A stretch of DNA of 64,000 nucleotides from Phaeosaccion multiseriatum (taxonomy: Eukaryota > Protista > Ochrophyta, other classes): assembly GCA_965112735.1 (NCBI GenBank), contig OZ218957.1, forward strand, positions 186,001 to 250,000, written 5' to 3'. Below the pieces are notes generated by a model that made no database searches, was not told the DNA's origin, and saw only the letters and a list, made by a program, of their open reading frames with translations. The translations under genes and the position numbers were made by a program. Shown here piece after piece: positions 48,806 through 60,652 of the stretch (the stretch's first letter is position 1; the number at the start of each line of letters is the position of its first letter).

Positions 48806-49072
48806 CTACGCGCCGCACACCGGAAGAGCTGCCGCCCCCCCTGAGCTCTACCTCCCCTCCCCACTCTCCACGTCGGCGCCGGCGGGACGCATCCAATGGT
48901 GTCTCCAATCCTCTCCTCTCCTCTCCTCTCCTCTCCTCTCCTCTCTTCTCGTCTCCTCTCCTCTCGCTTCAGTCCGTGGTCAGCACGCTTCAGGCGTTGA
49001 AATACAGTAACGATTTTTTTCCGAAACAAATCTCACATCCCCGACAGGGGGGGATATAGTTACACAAAGCGG

Positions 49073-50966
49073 TTACAGAAACGTGCTCATGAAGGTTGTG
49101 TACTCCTCCGTATTGACGACGGCATGCGGCCAGTCCTTGGGGAAGTAGAGGAGCTGACCAGGGAGGAGCGTGCATTCCAGGGGCTTGAGCTGCAGAAGGG
49201 GGTACGTCAGGCTCAGCCACTCCAGGGGGGTGCGGTCGGGGTCGTAGGGGAACAAGTGTCCCGGGGGAAAGAGAAGCCACCGTTTCGCGCCGTGGAACAC
49301 CTCTACATACGTATATACATACGTATATACATACGTATGTACCGAGCGCAGAGGAGGCCAAGAGGTCGAATGGGAAGAGGGAGGGGTTGGGGCGGGTCAG
49401 GGAGTGTGCTAGGGGGTAGGGGGGGGGGGGGGGAGGGAGGAGGGAGGAGGGAGGGAGGGAGGGAGGGAGGGAGGCAGGGAGGGAGGCAGGGAGGAAGGGA
49501 GGGAGGCAGGGAGGGAGCGCGTGGGATTGAGCAAGTGCACCACGCCAGGACTCTGCAGCTTCACTCCATACCGCAGCGCTTCCTCGCTTCCTCCTCCTCC
49601 TCCTCCTCCTCCTCCTCCTCCTCCTCCTCCTCCGCGTCCCTCTCTTCTATTTTTTGCCAATGCAGGAGGATTAGCAGGCCCTCACTTCCCACCCTCCTCA
49701 CCTGAGAAGCCCGCCCCGTGTGTGTGGAACGCGACCCCCGACCCTCTGGAGCCGATCCCGAAGCTCAGCGCTGAGAGAGTCTCCTTGCCGTCCTCGCAGG
49801 GGGGAAGGGCGTATTGCCCCACCAGGTCGTTCCACTCGGGGCTGGGGGGATGGCAGTAGACAGGTAGAGGGTTGTTCGGCGTGAGGGGGTGACCGGACAA
49901 GGAGAATCAGGAAGGGAGGGAGGGAGGGAGGGAGGGAGGGAGGGAGGGAGGGAGGGAGGCAGGGTGCGGGGCGGTGAGAATAAGCCACAGAAGAGGACGC
50001 CGGGGGATGCGATGAGGCACACAGTTGGCGACTTCGTTCGTGCTGTCTTCCTTCTCTCTCTCTCTCCCTCTCTTTCTCTCTGTCCTGCCCTCTTGTGAAG
50101 CCGCTGCCACACCCACCTGTAGTTGTCCCCGAAGAAGTAGAAGGTCTCGTTGCTCAGCTTGCTCTGCTGCCCTTCTTCCCCAGCACCCATCATCTCAGTG
50201 ACATAGTGTTTCAGGCTGGCGGTGGCCTTGTCGTGGCTGTAGCTGTTGGAGCTGCTGAGGAGAACCTGTCATTGCACCACCCGAGGGAAGGGAAGGGACA
50301 GACAGCATCAGGGGAACAGGGCCGCAACGTAGGCTATTCAGGGAGTTCGCCGCGCGATGGGCCAGTGATGCCTGAGCGCCTCTCCCTAGTCAGTGTCAGT
50401 CGCATTGATAAGGAGCACATACGGTCACACCCCCATCCCCACCACCCACCAGCAGCACTGCCCTAACTCGGCCTGCAGGGCCTCCTCACGGGACCCGTCT
50501 TGGGCCTCGCTCTCGCTCTCACTCTCGCTCTCACTCTCTCTTTCACTGTCGCTCTCGCTCTCTCTCTCACCTGCACGTCCCCCATCTCAGTGAGCAGGCG
50601 CTCCTTGCCCACGAGGGCCGTAAAGCGCTCGTTCCAAGAGGTCCCCACGTCGTAGATCACAGGCGTGTCTCGCACGGGAGGCAGCAGGGCGGAAACCTCC
50701 CCTTTCAGCGGCCAGGGTATCCTCTCTATGGTGCAAAGGCTTGTGTCCAAGTCGTACGCCCCGTCACCGCCGTCGCCGCCGCTGCTGCTGCTGCTGCTGC
50801 TGTTGCTCTCGGGGGTGCCCCACCCAATCGCCACCGCCCCTCCTCCCAGTACCTGCAGAAGCCACGAATGGAGAGGCACGAGGCCCTCTTGCTCGCAGCG
50901 GTGGCCCAGCCAGGCCCCCACCAAGAGGAGCAAGGCTGAGAGGAAGAGCAGGGGCTTGGACGCCAT
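49073..50966 (-). CDS. JMJD8: JmjC/cupin-domain protein, JMJD8-like, with signal peptide; 4 exons
   Basis: Signal peptide MASKPLLFLSALLLLVGAW; LSSSNSYSHDK, SNETFYFFGDN, LSFGIGSRGSGVAFHTHGAGFSE|VFHGAKRWLLFPP, PLECTLLPGQLLYFPKDWPHAVVN...FMSTFL*. Confidence 0.88.
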
Positions 50967-51182
50967 GATCGCTCAGGACACCAGGCCTTGGGGTTGGTTC
51001 AAGCCCTTTTCTGCAATTCTCCTCACCTCTCATACTCTCTTCAGCCCCCAAACCATGTCTTATCTAGCTCTCCTTGCATATTTTAAGGGGGGGGGGGGGG
51101 AGAAGAATTTCCGGATAACAACATGTCCAGCCAGCCAGTTGTTGGCCGGAGGCGGGGGTAGAGAGGGGGTCGCGGCGCGCGG

Positions 51183-54100
51183 ATGAGTGAGGGAGCGAGC
51201 CGCAGAGACAGCAACGGCCTCATAAGCCTGGGCTGTCTCAATGTGCGCATCGTAGCTGGGCGCGACCTGCCCTCGGCTGTGCAGAGCACGCTGGCTATGG
51301 TCCTCAACACTGGCTACTCCAACCCAGGCTGTCGTCTGTCGCTCGGGGTGAGTGCTACAGCATCAGCGGCTTTGACTCAACGCAGGCCTCCCTACTCCCG
51401 CAAGGCAGTCTCTCTTCCTTCTCACATCCCTTCCAAGAGGGACGTCGGAGTGTCTCCAATCCCCCCCCTCCTTCCGCATTCTTTCCCCGTCTGACTCTCT
51501 CTGCCGTGCGTGCTGCTCAGGACTTTACCGAGACGAGCTCCGTGAAGGAGCGCTCCAACGACCCGCACTGGGGCAGAGAGCAGATGTTCTTCGATGTACA
51601 GGTGAGTGTCCTGTGAGACATGGAACCGAGGGACACAGAGGCTGCCAAGAGAAGGCTGTGCTTCTCCTTCTCGAGTGCTCCCTCTCACCCCTCACACCCC
51701 ACCCCCTCCCCCACGCCATCCTGTCCATTCATGCGCCAGGTCCCCTCCGCCTGCGTGTACCCCGAGGCGGTCGAGGGGGGACCCGCCCTGCCCCCCAAGA
51801 TGGCCGGAGGAGGAGGGGCAGGCTGTCTGAAGAAGGGATCTGTGTACGGAGGCAAGGCCCTGCCCTTGCGGCGGCTGCTGAGGCACTACCTCGTGCTGCA
51901 GGTGGAGGTGCTGCACTATCCCGAGGGGGGGGGCAGGTGAGTGGAGTAGAGTCGCCCGTGTCCTGCCCGCTTTCCCTCCTCCCCTCCTGCCCCCCTTCCC
52001 TCTCTCTCTCTCCCTCCCTCTCTCTTTCTCTCTCACTCTCTCACTCTCTCTTCTCTCCGTCTCTCTCTCTCTCGCACACACTCACCCACTTTCTCTCTTT
52101 CTCTCACCCTCTCTCTCTCATACACACACACCCTCTGTCTCCGTCTTTCACTCTCACTGGTGTTGCCCTCCTCCCCCAACATCCCCCTCCTCCCTCTCCT
52201 CCCTCTTCCCTCTGCTGATGTTCCACACGCACCACCTTCTGCAGCTCGGGCCACTCGGTCTCTGGTAAGCAGCAGCCGGGGAGCGGCAGGCACCAACAAG
52301 GCAAGCAGAAACAGGCCCAGGCCTCTGTGGGGACACTCTCACTGGGCAGCACCTCCATTGACATCAGAGACCTCGTTACGGGGAGAACAGGGGTACTGGA
52401 CGGGTGGTTCCCACTGGACGACGGTAAGACACAATAGAAGGGGGAGGGGGCGGGGGGGGGGATGTGATGTGTTGGAAGAGAGATAAGACATGTATATATC
52501 TCTCTCTATCTCCATCATGCTGCCCCCGCCCCTCCTTCTCCTCCTCCTCCTCATGCTGCCCCCGCCCCTCCTCCTCCTTCTCCTCCTCCTCCTCCTGCTG
52601 CTGCTGCTGGTGGTGGTGGTGGTCCTTCTGCTTTGGCCACGTATCCAGGTGAGGGAGGGGACAAGGGAGAAGTGCGCCTCTCTATGGACTACGACGCACA
52701 TGGTCGCGTAAGCAAGGGGGCACCGTGTAGGGTCATCAGGTCAGTGCTAGTAAGTCAGGGAGGGAAGGGAGGAGGAGCAATGGTAGTATGTCAAGGAAGC
52801 AAGGGAGGAGGAGGAGGAGGAGGAGGAGGAGGGTTACAGTGGTATATGTGAAGGAAGGAAAGGGGGGGGGTAGTAAGTCAGGGAAGGAAGATCATCAGTC
52901 AGAGTACGTACTTTAAACATATCGTATTAGTGCATGCATGTAAAAAGGACTCCTGAGTACGAGTACTTTCCGCTGCTTGCCCTTGACACATGCAATACCC
53001 TCCCCCTCCCCCCCATCCACTGCCATCCCCTCCCTCCCCTTGCTATCACAGGCTGCAGGCGCAAGACCAGGACCTCTTCCCCCTGGACCTGGACGGGTGC
53101 TCCCCAGGGGGGGCCTCCTCTCCCGGGGGGGGGGCGAGTGGCGGGTTGGAGCTGGTGGTGGAGGAGGTGCGCGACAATGACGTCACTGTCTCGTACGTCA
53201 CCTCCGAGGGATGGGTATGCACGGTGAGTGGGGGGAGGAGATGGCAGTGGATTGGTGTGGGCAGCCTGGCAAAAGGGGGGGGGGGCTGGAGCTTGGTTGA
53301 CTCGCTTTCCCCCCCTCCACTCGCTCACCCCTCCCCACCCATTGCCCTTGCACTGCCCGTACCCTCCTACCCTGCCCTGCCCATACACCTCTACCCTGCC
53401 CTGCCCATACACCTCTACCCTGCCCTGCCCATACACCTTTCCCCTGCCCTCCGTAGGTGGAGCTGCACCGGTTCCAGCTGCTGTGTGAGGAGGGCCGAGA
53501 TCCCGTCTTGAGGGGCCTCACCTCGTCTCTGCAGCGCACCGCTCAGAAGGTGCTCGAGTCACCCGCCGCACATGAGGTGTGTGTGTGTACTTCCGTGTGT
53601 GTGTGCGTGTGTGTATGTGTGTGTGTGAGTGTGAGTGTGTATATGTGTGTATGTGTGTGTATGTGTGTGTGTACTTGTGTGTGTGTACTTGTGTGTGTGT
53701 GTGTTCGTGTGTTTGTGTGTGTGTGTGGTGTGTTGATGTGTTTGTGTGTGTGTGCGTGTGTGTGTCTGTGTGTACTTGTGTGTGTGTGTGTGTGTGTGTG
53801 TGTGAGTGTGAACTTGTGTATGTGTGTGTGTACTCGTGTGTGTCTGTGTGTACTTGTGTGTGTGTGCGTGTGTGTGTGTGCGTGTGTGTATGTATGTGTG
53901 TGTGTGTGTGTGTGCGCGTATGTGTGTGTTTGTGTGCGTGTGTGCGCATGCGTGTATATATGTGTGTGTTTGTGTGTTTGTGTGTGCGTGGAGGTGCGAC
54001 CCTACCAAGCACCACTCAGTTCCTCCCTCCCTGCACCCCATTCTGTAACCGTCTGTCATGTCATGATTCAACGACTTTCAAACAGGTGACACAGTGGGCC

Positions 54101-54964
54101 GGCGAGGTGAAGGATTGGGACTCCGCGGTCGGGGTTGGGGGCAAGGTGCTCGGGGTGGTGGGGGGCGTGCTCGGCAGTTGGTTCGAGCACACACGCACCC
54201 ACGGCCCCGGGGAGGGGTTCGGCAAGGCCCGGGACGACGTTTTGCTTGGGCTCGGGCTGGCGGGCGGGGGTGGCCCCGGGGGGGGAGGAGCAGGGGGACG
54301 CGGAGAGGCCAGGGGGCATGGAGGAGGAGGAGACGACGAGGAGGAGGAGGAGGAGGAGGAGGATGATGATGACGATAGCGAGGAGGAGGAGAACGAGGAT
54401 AGTGAGGGAGAGGGGGAAGGCGAGGCGAAGGGTCAGCAGGCGGCGGCGGCGGCGGGGAAAGTCAAACTCACATGCCCTATTACAGGTGAGAGTATGGGGA
54501 ATTTTAACGACTTACGGGAATCAACCTAAGTATTGTGTCAGAGCCCAGGGGTGGGGGGGCAGGGTGCGCAGTGCCTGGCGGTGTCCGGGTTGGGGCTTCT
54601 GAGTGGTGGCTCTGGCACTTTCACTTTCCTCTTCTCTCTCCGAATCTCCCTCTCTTTTATCTTCCCCTCCCTCTCCCTCTCTCCCCTCTTCTCTTTCCGT
54701 GTGCCTCTTCCTCTCGCCCTCTCCCTCCCTCCCTTTCTCTCTCCCTCTCCCTCTTGCTCTCCGCCCCCCCCTCTCCCCTCCCCCTCTGCAACACAACCCA
54801 TCACAACAGGCTGCAAGATCAAGACTGCCGTGGTGGCGGCTGACGGTTACACCTACGAGCGAAGCGCCATTGAGCGGTGGTTCAAGGACCACAGCACGAG
54901 CCCCATGACAGGGGAAGCCCTCGGCACTAAGGCGCTCTTCAGGAACTACTCTCTAGAGTCCTAG
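51183..54964 (+). CDS. N-terminal C2 domain + C-terminal U-box (putative membrane-targeted E3 ligase)
   Basis: [12 protein letters not shown]...[10 protein letters not shown]|..NDPHW...[10 protein letters not shown]|..[10 protein letters not shown]-box: LTCPIT|[38 protein letters not shown]...LFRNYSL. Confidence 0.85.
53577..53990. repeat. Degenerate (GT)n intronic microsatellite, ~410 bp
   Basis: Visible directly. Similar (GT/CA)n tracts at ~13237-13290, 13436-13522 and 43271-43437. Confidence 0.95.
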
Positions 54965-56142
54965 GGATGGCAGCGGATGGGGACGGAGGGACGGACGGAG
55001 GGAGGGAGGGAGGGAGGGAAGCAGGGATGAAGGCCGAGCAGCCTAGCACGAAAACCCCACTTTCGGCCCTTCCCCTCCTCCCCCTCCTCCCTGCTTGTGT
55101 AAAGTGCGGATGGTCATAGCTTTGCGCCAGCTGTGTATCGTGTGCATATGCGCTTTTGCTTGTGGTTCATGGTCGGCCTTTTTTGTAGTTAGAGTCTTTC
55201 TTGCCCACATGGCCTATGTATGGCTTACACACGGCGTATATATGGCTTTTATGTATGGCCCTGGGGGTGTACGTTTGTACCCAATGGTATGGCACGGAAT
55301 GTCTAAATAGTGTATTCATGTACAAACACAAAGAACCTTTCTCTTGCTCTTACAGAGCGTGTTATGGAGCGCGCTTCTCTCCCTCTATTTCTCTCTCTCT
55401 CTCGGCCCATCCTTGGGCTGTAACTGTTGTAACTGTTGTAACTGTTGGACAGGAACAGAAAGGTCGATGCCTAGAGCACGCACCCGCCCTCTTGGGCTGA
55501 CTCCAAACTGGCGACGTCCGCCAAAGCGTGGTCCATCCTGCTGCTGCCAGTAGGCCGTGGTCTGCCATCCTGCTGCTGCCAGTAGGCCGTGGTCTGCCAT
55601 CCTCTAGCACCCCGCCCCCTCCCCTTGGGAACAAGCCCTGCGCCATGCTGCTGCTGGCAAGGCTGAGAGCGAGTGCTGCAGTAGCAAGCCCTGCTACCCT
55701 TACCCTGCACCTCAGCCATGCTGATGCCGCTGCCGCTGCTGCCGCTGCCGCGGCTGTATCACCACCTGCCTGCTGATGCGGCTGGAAGCCAACGCAGAGT
55801 GCAGTGCAGGGGCTGAAATGAAATGTGTCAGACCCGCCCCCTCTCCTCTCCGCATGCATTCCTGCATCACTGCATCACTGCATCACGACGCATACACCCA
55901 CAGAAGGAGGCCAAGCAAGGCCCAAGGCAAAGCTCGTGGCAAGGCCCAAGGCAAAGCTCGTGGCAAGGCTCCACACGAGGCCCGAGAGAGGCCCACAACG
56001 CACAGCCCACCGCCCACATGCGACAACGAGGCGGAGATGCCAAAGGCGGAGGGGCGGGATGGCAGTGGACGGGGGACATCTGTCCATGGCCCGTCGCCGC
56101 CGTCGACACCACCGTCGGAGCTGCTGTTTCGCTCCGCCGCAC

Positions 56143-56181
<39 letters not shown>

Positions 56182-56713
56182 GATGGTCACCGTCACGCAC
56201 GCACCCACTGAAAGGGGCCTGTCACCGGTCAGTTACAGCGCTGCACGTCAGAGTTGTAACCACGGGAGAAGCATTGTAACCGCCACTCTCCCTGGCGCTG
56301 GACTCCGAAGTCTGCCTTTGGCTTTCCTCGCCGTGCTTGTCTCTGTCTGACAAGCGCTTCCTCTCGCACCCCTCCGATCCCTCCGCTGCGGCTGACGTCA
56401 CGCCACAGCACACGTCACATGTACGTCACGTCACCGGTGATGATTGTGCCTGTAAGCCCAGCCTGTGCTTTTGCCCGTATCACCAACTGCTGTGCCCGTG
56501 CTTGAACCCGTGCCTCCCCGTGACCTTTCTCTCCCCCCCGCCAAGCACAGCTCACAGCTCTCCTCTGCTCTGTATCACCAATTGCTTTGCTCTGCGCTGC
56601 TCTGTGCTGCTCTGTGCTGCTGTTCATGGAGTCTGGTAGCTGTCTTTGCTTAAACAGCCTTAAGGACTTGCGTAGATAGGCCCTGCTCAAATAGACATAC
56701 GGCCCGCTTCGCC

Positions 56714-56795
56714 CTACCCCGTCTCTATGAAGTCGTACTCGTCCTCCTGAAGCGAGCAAGTGAAGCAAGGCGATGCAGCAAGGTGCACAGCAAGC

Positions 56796-56840
<45 letters not shown>

Positions 56841-59549
56841 ACACACACACGCACACAGAGAGAGAGAGAGAGAGTCGATGAGTATACAACAGCACGGCAT
56901 GGCAGGAGCGGAACCAAGGAGGACCAGCAGGGGAGGAACGAAGGGGCGGCGTGGGAAGGGGAAAAAAGAAACGCGCCGCCTAAGGGACTCCTCAAGCACC
57001 CCGTACCATCGGGCCATCGGGCCATCGGGCCATCGGGCCATTTATGCCCTCAGCCCCCCGCCCCTCACATCCTCGCGACCTCACTCACGGCCTCACCTCT
57101 ACGTCGTCTTTCCATAACTACGTCTTCTCATCCCCTCCCTCACCTCACCTCACCTCACCTCTACATCGTCTTTCCATTGTCAAAGACACCCCCTCACCCC
57201 CCCACCCCCCCGCACCCCTTCCTTCCCTCCCTCCCTCCGTCCGTCCGCCCCCCTTGATACCCTCACCTCCACATCTATCCATTGGCTGAATGTAAACACG
57301 AACTCCTCGAAGGAGAGCCTCCCCCTCGCATCCCAATCCATGGCGTCCCACTTCTCCTGCTCGAAGAACCCCCCCCCCCCTCCGCGAGCCCCCTCTCCCT
57401 CGGGGGCGCTGAGCTGCTTCATCAGAGAGGCTCTGTGAGTGAGTGCGTGCGTGCGTGTGTGCGTGCGTGCGTGTATGTGCGTGTGTGTGCGTGTGCGCGT
57501 GTGTGTATGTCCACACAAACAAAGGGCGCAGGCAAGCATTAGATATGTGTGTGTGCGTGTGAGGGTCTCTGTCTGTGTGTGTGAGGGTGAAAGGCCAGGG
57601 CCGATGACGAGAGAGACGAGAGAAGCGGATCACAGGAGTGTATGCCACTACCAACTCGGACCCCAGCACCCTTCTCTGTGGCCCTTCTCCGGCCCCTGTC
57701 CTGTCCCCACCAAGGGGAACGAGAAGACACCTCGAACATCACTCTCCCCAACGTCACTCCTTCCTCCCAAGCCCAAGAGCGAGCACCAAACACCAAGGCT
57801 CTCTCCTCCCCTCCCTCCCCATCCACTGCCATCCACCCCCAGCCCCTCACCTCTCAATGTACCCCTTGGCCTCAGTGTCGAACTGCAGATAGGCGGCGAT
57901 GATGAGGTCCATCACATAGGCAACCTCCTTGCGATTAGCGTGCATCATGTCCTCCTCGTCAGACGCCGCCTCGAACTTGCCCGAGGAAGGGATCCTAAGA
58001 GGAGAGGGAGGTAAGGAGAGCATGGGCAAGGGTAAGGCAAAGGAAGGTGTCGGTGTTGTTGTTGTGAGTGGTGGTGGTGTGCAGTGTAGTTGGTGATGTT
58101 AGCGGTGGGGTGGGGTGGGGTGCGGAGTGTTGTTGTAAGCGTAATTCATGTTACTGGTGGGTGTCACACGTCAACGGGCAGCACAAGCAGCAGGACGTCA
58201 CCACGGAAGGAAGGAAGGAAGGAAGGAAGGGGCTTCTTCCTCTGTGCCGAGACAATAAGGGACTCGCCCCTGTCCACCTCTATACCATCTCCATGCCCCA
58301 ACACTGGTGAACCAACGCGCACACTTACTTGACCATGGAGGGGACCTTCTTCCACTTTACCGCCGCCAGCACGGGCTTTGCCGCCTCTTGCAGGGCCACT
58401 CCCGCTGCCTCGGCCTAAGCAGCGAGGAGAGGGAGAGGGAGGGAGGGAGGAAGGGGGGGTGGGGTGGTAAAGCAGGCCGAGGCAGCGGGAGGGAGGAAGG
58501 GGGGGTGGGGTGGTGAAGCAGGCCGAGGCAGCGGGAGGGAGGAAGGGGGGGTGGGGTGGTGAAGGGGGTGAGAGAGGGAGGGAGGAAGGGGGGGGGTGGG
58601 GCGGTGAAGGGGGTGAGAGAGGGAGTGCATGAGGGGCGAGGCTGCTGAGTGAGGACAGAGGAGGAACGGGAGGAGGGAAGGAGGGAAGAGGATAGCGTCG
58701 CCGGATAGACGGGGCGAAGTGCACCTGCCGCCCCTTCCCTCTCTCCCTCCATCCATCCCTGCCTCCTGCTCACCCCTCCCCAGCCCCCCGTGGAGCAAGT
58801 GGTGTACTTGTCCCCCCCTGACCTCCCCCCCCCCCCTCTCTCTCTCCCCGCCCCTTCCTCTCCCCTCTCCCCTCTCCCCTCCACACTCCAGACTCACCTC
58901 CTGCGCCCTCTGTATCTGCCTGGACTCGATGGACATCTCTACACCAACACTGGAGGGCTGCCTCTCCTCATTCTCGCCGATTGAGGCCATGGCCATGGGG
59001 CGGGGCGGCTGAGGCAGCAAGCTGTCCTCATTGGCGAGCTGGTTGTCGTCGTTCTCTTCGATGGGGCTAAAGCCGCCAGCGGTGGACATGTCGAAGGAAA
59101 GACGCCTCTTGCTGCCGCTGCCGCTGCCGCTGCCGCTTCCTCCATTCGGCGTGTATGCTTCTGCTGCACCCACTGCATCCACTGCTGCTGCTGCTGCTGG
59201 TAGTGGTGGTGGTACTTGGTGGCCGTCTACTGCCCCCGCTGCTTCTGATTCTGCTATATCCCCCGCTTCTTCCTTCCCGTCGCTCTCCCCACTCCACCCC
59301 CCCAAGGAGCCTTCGATCTGGTGCGCGTGCACGGAGTCGGAGGTCTCAGTGAGGTCGGGGATGGTCCTGAGCAAGTCGGACAGGGCCAGCATGACTATGA
59401 ATTGGCGCAGGTCGAGCGCGCCCCTGCCATCGAAGTCGCTAATGTTGAACATCTCATCCAGTTCCTGTCGTTATACGTGTGAGTGTGCGTGCGTTGGCAG
59501 AAAGGGGAAGTGCGAGGGGTCGGGGGGGAAGACAGGATGATGAAAGGGA

Positions 59550-59581
<32 letters not shown>

Positions 59582-60311
59582 AAGGAGCACCCCCTCCCTC
59601 CCCCTGCGTCCTTCAAGGTGGGGAAGAGCATACACACCACACCTTCACGCCTTACCTTGTCGTCCATGACGGCGTGGACGTGGTGCATGGCCTTCTTGAA
59701 CTCGGATCGAGTGCAGAAGCCTGCCAGTGTTGGTTCGTACGTGGTGGTGCGCACAAGAAGCAGAGAGCAGCAGCAAGAGGAGGAGGGAGAGGCAGAGGAG
59801 AGGAGCGTGTTTCCCCCAGGTTTGAAAGGGGGGCCAAAGAATCGATAAGAAACGAGGATGAGAGCATAGACAGTAGCTGCGGTGCGAAGGAGGCGCCAGA
59901 GAGTAGTGGGGTGGGGCTGATACAGAGCGAGAGAGAGCCATGAGCAGAACCTGAATAGCAAGCGAGTTTCTGGGTCTCCTGGTTGAAGACGCACTTTGAG
60001 ACCCCTTCCCCCGTACCTGATCCATCGTGGTCGAATGCATTGAACACAGCGCAAATACGCTGCAGGACTCGGTGCACAGTGCCCAGCTTGAGGATGATCT
60101 TCGTGAAGGAGAAGGAGTCAGTCCCCAACCTTGTCTTCTTCTCTGTCAATCCAAGCCTAATTTTTTCCTGGAGGCTCTCGTGCCCTTCATCGAGCGACCC
60201 CGTCGAGCGCACTCTCGAGCGGGACGAGTCACTGTTCACAAGAGCCCCGGCCGAGCTTGGCCTACTCAGGACGTCCCGAGGGCCCTCTTCCTTAGAAGAG
60301 CAGCCGCCCAT
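56714..60311 (-). CDS. N-acylated EF-hand calcium-binding protein, CML21/CML22-like
   Basis: MGGCSSK (myristoylation/palmitoylation-type start); SFTKIILKL...VFNAFDHDGSG|FCTRSEF; MFNISDFDGRGALDLRQF; AYLQFDTEAKGYIER; MDWDARGRLSFEEFVFTFSQWIDVE|EDEYDFIETG*. Confidence 0.85.
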
Positions 60312-60652
60312 GATTGTATAATAAATGGTTGGAAGTTGAATTGGGGGTTGTTATACAAGGTGTCGGGACCAGGAGTAGTAGAGGAAACACAAATCGTCAG
60401 GGGCAACCACGCCCGCAAATAACACCACGTTGTATTTCCACCAGGGGGGGGGATAATAAAGAGCTTTGGGTAATTATTCATGTACATGGCGTTAACATGA
60501 GGTAATTACTCATGCACATGGGGGGTTGAAATGAGGGCGCGTTGAGGCAAGGAGCTCCACGCTTGCTCCTCTCATGCATTCCTCCTCCTCCCTGATTCCC
60601 TCTATCTCCCTGATTCCCATCGTCCCTCTCCGAGTCCCTCTCAGTGCCTCTC

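Noticed and set aside
54965-56713. Short ORFs (e.g. 55362..55859, 55776..56183) as an extra gene
   Set aside because: Low complexity, short tandem duplications, no domain motifs or consistent splice pattern; most likely the convergent 3' UTRs of the U-box and EF-hand genes.
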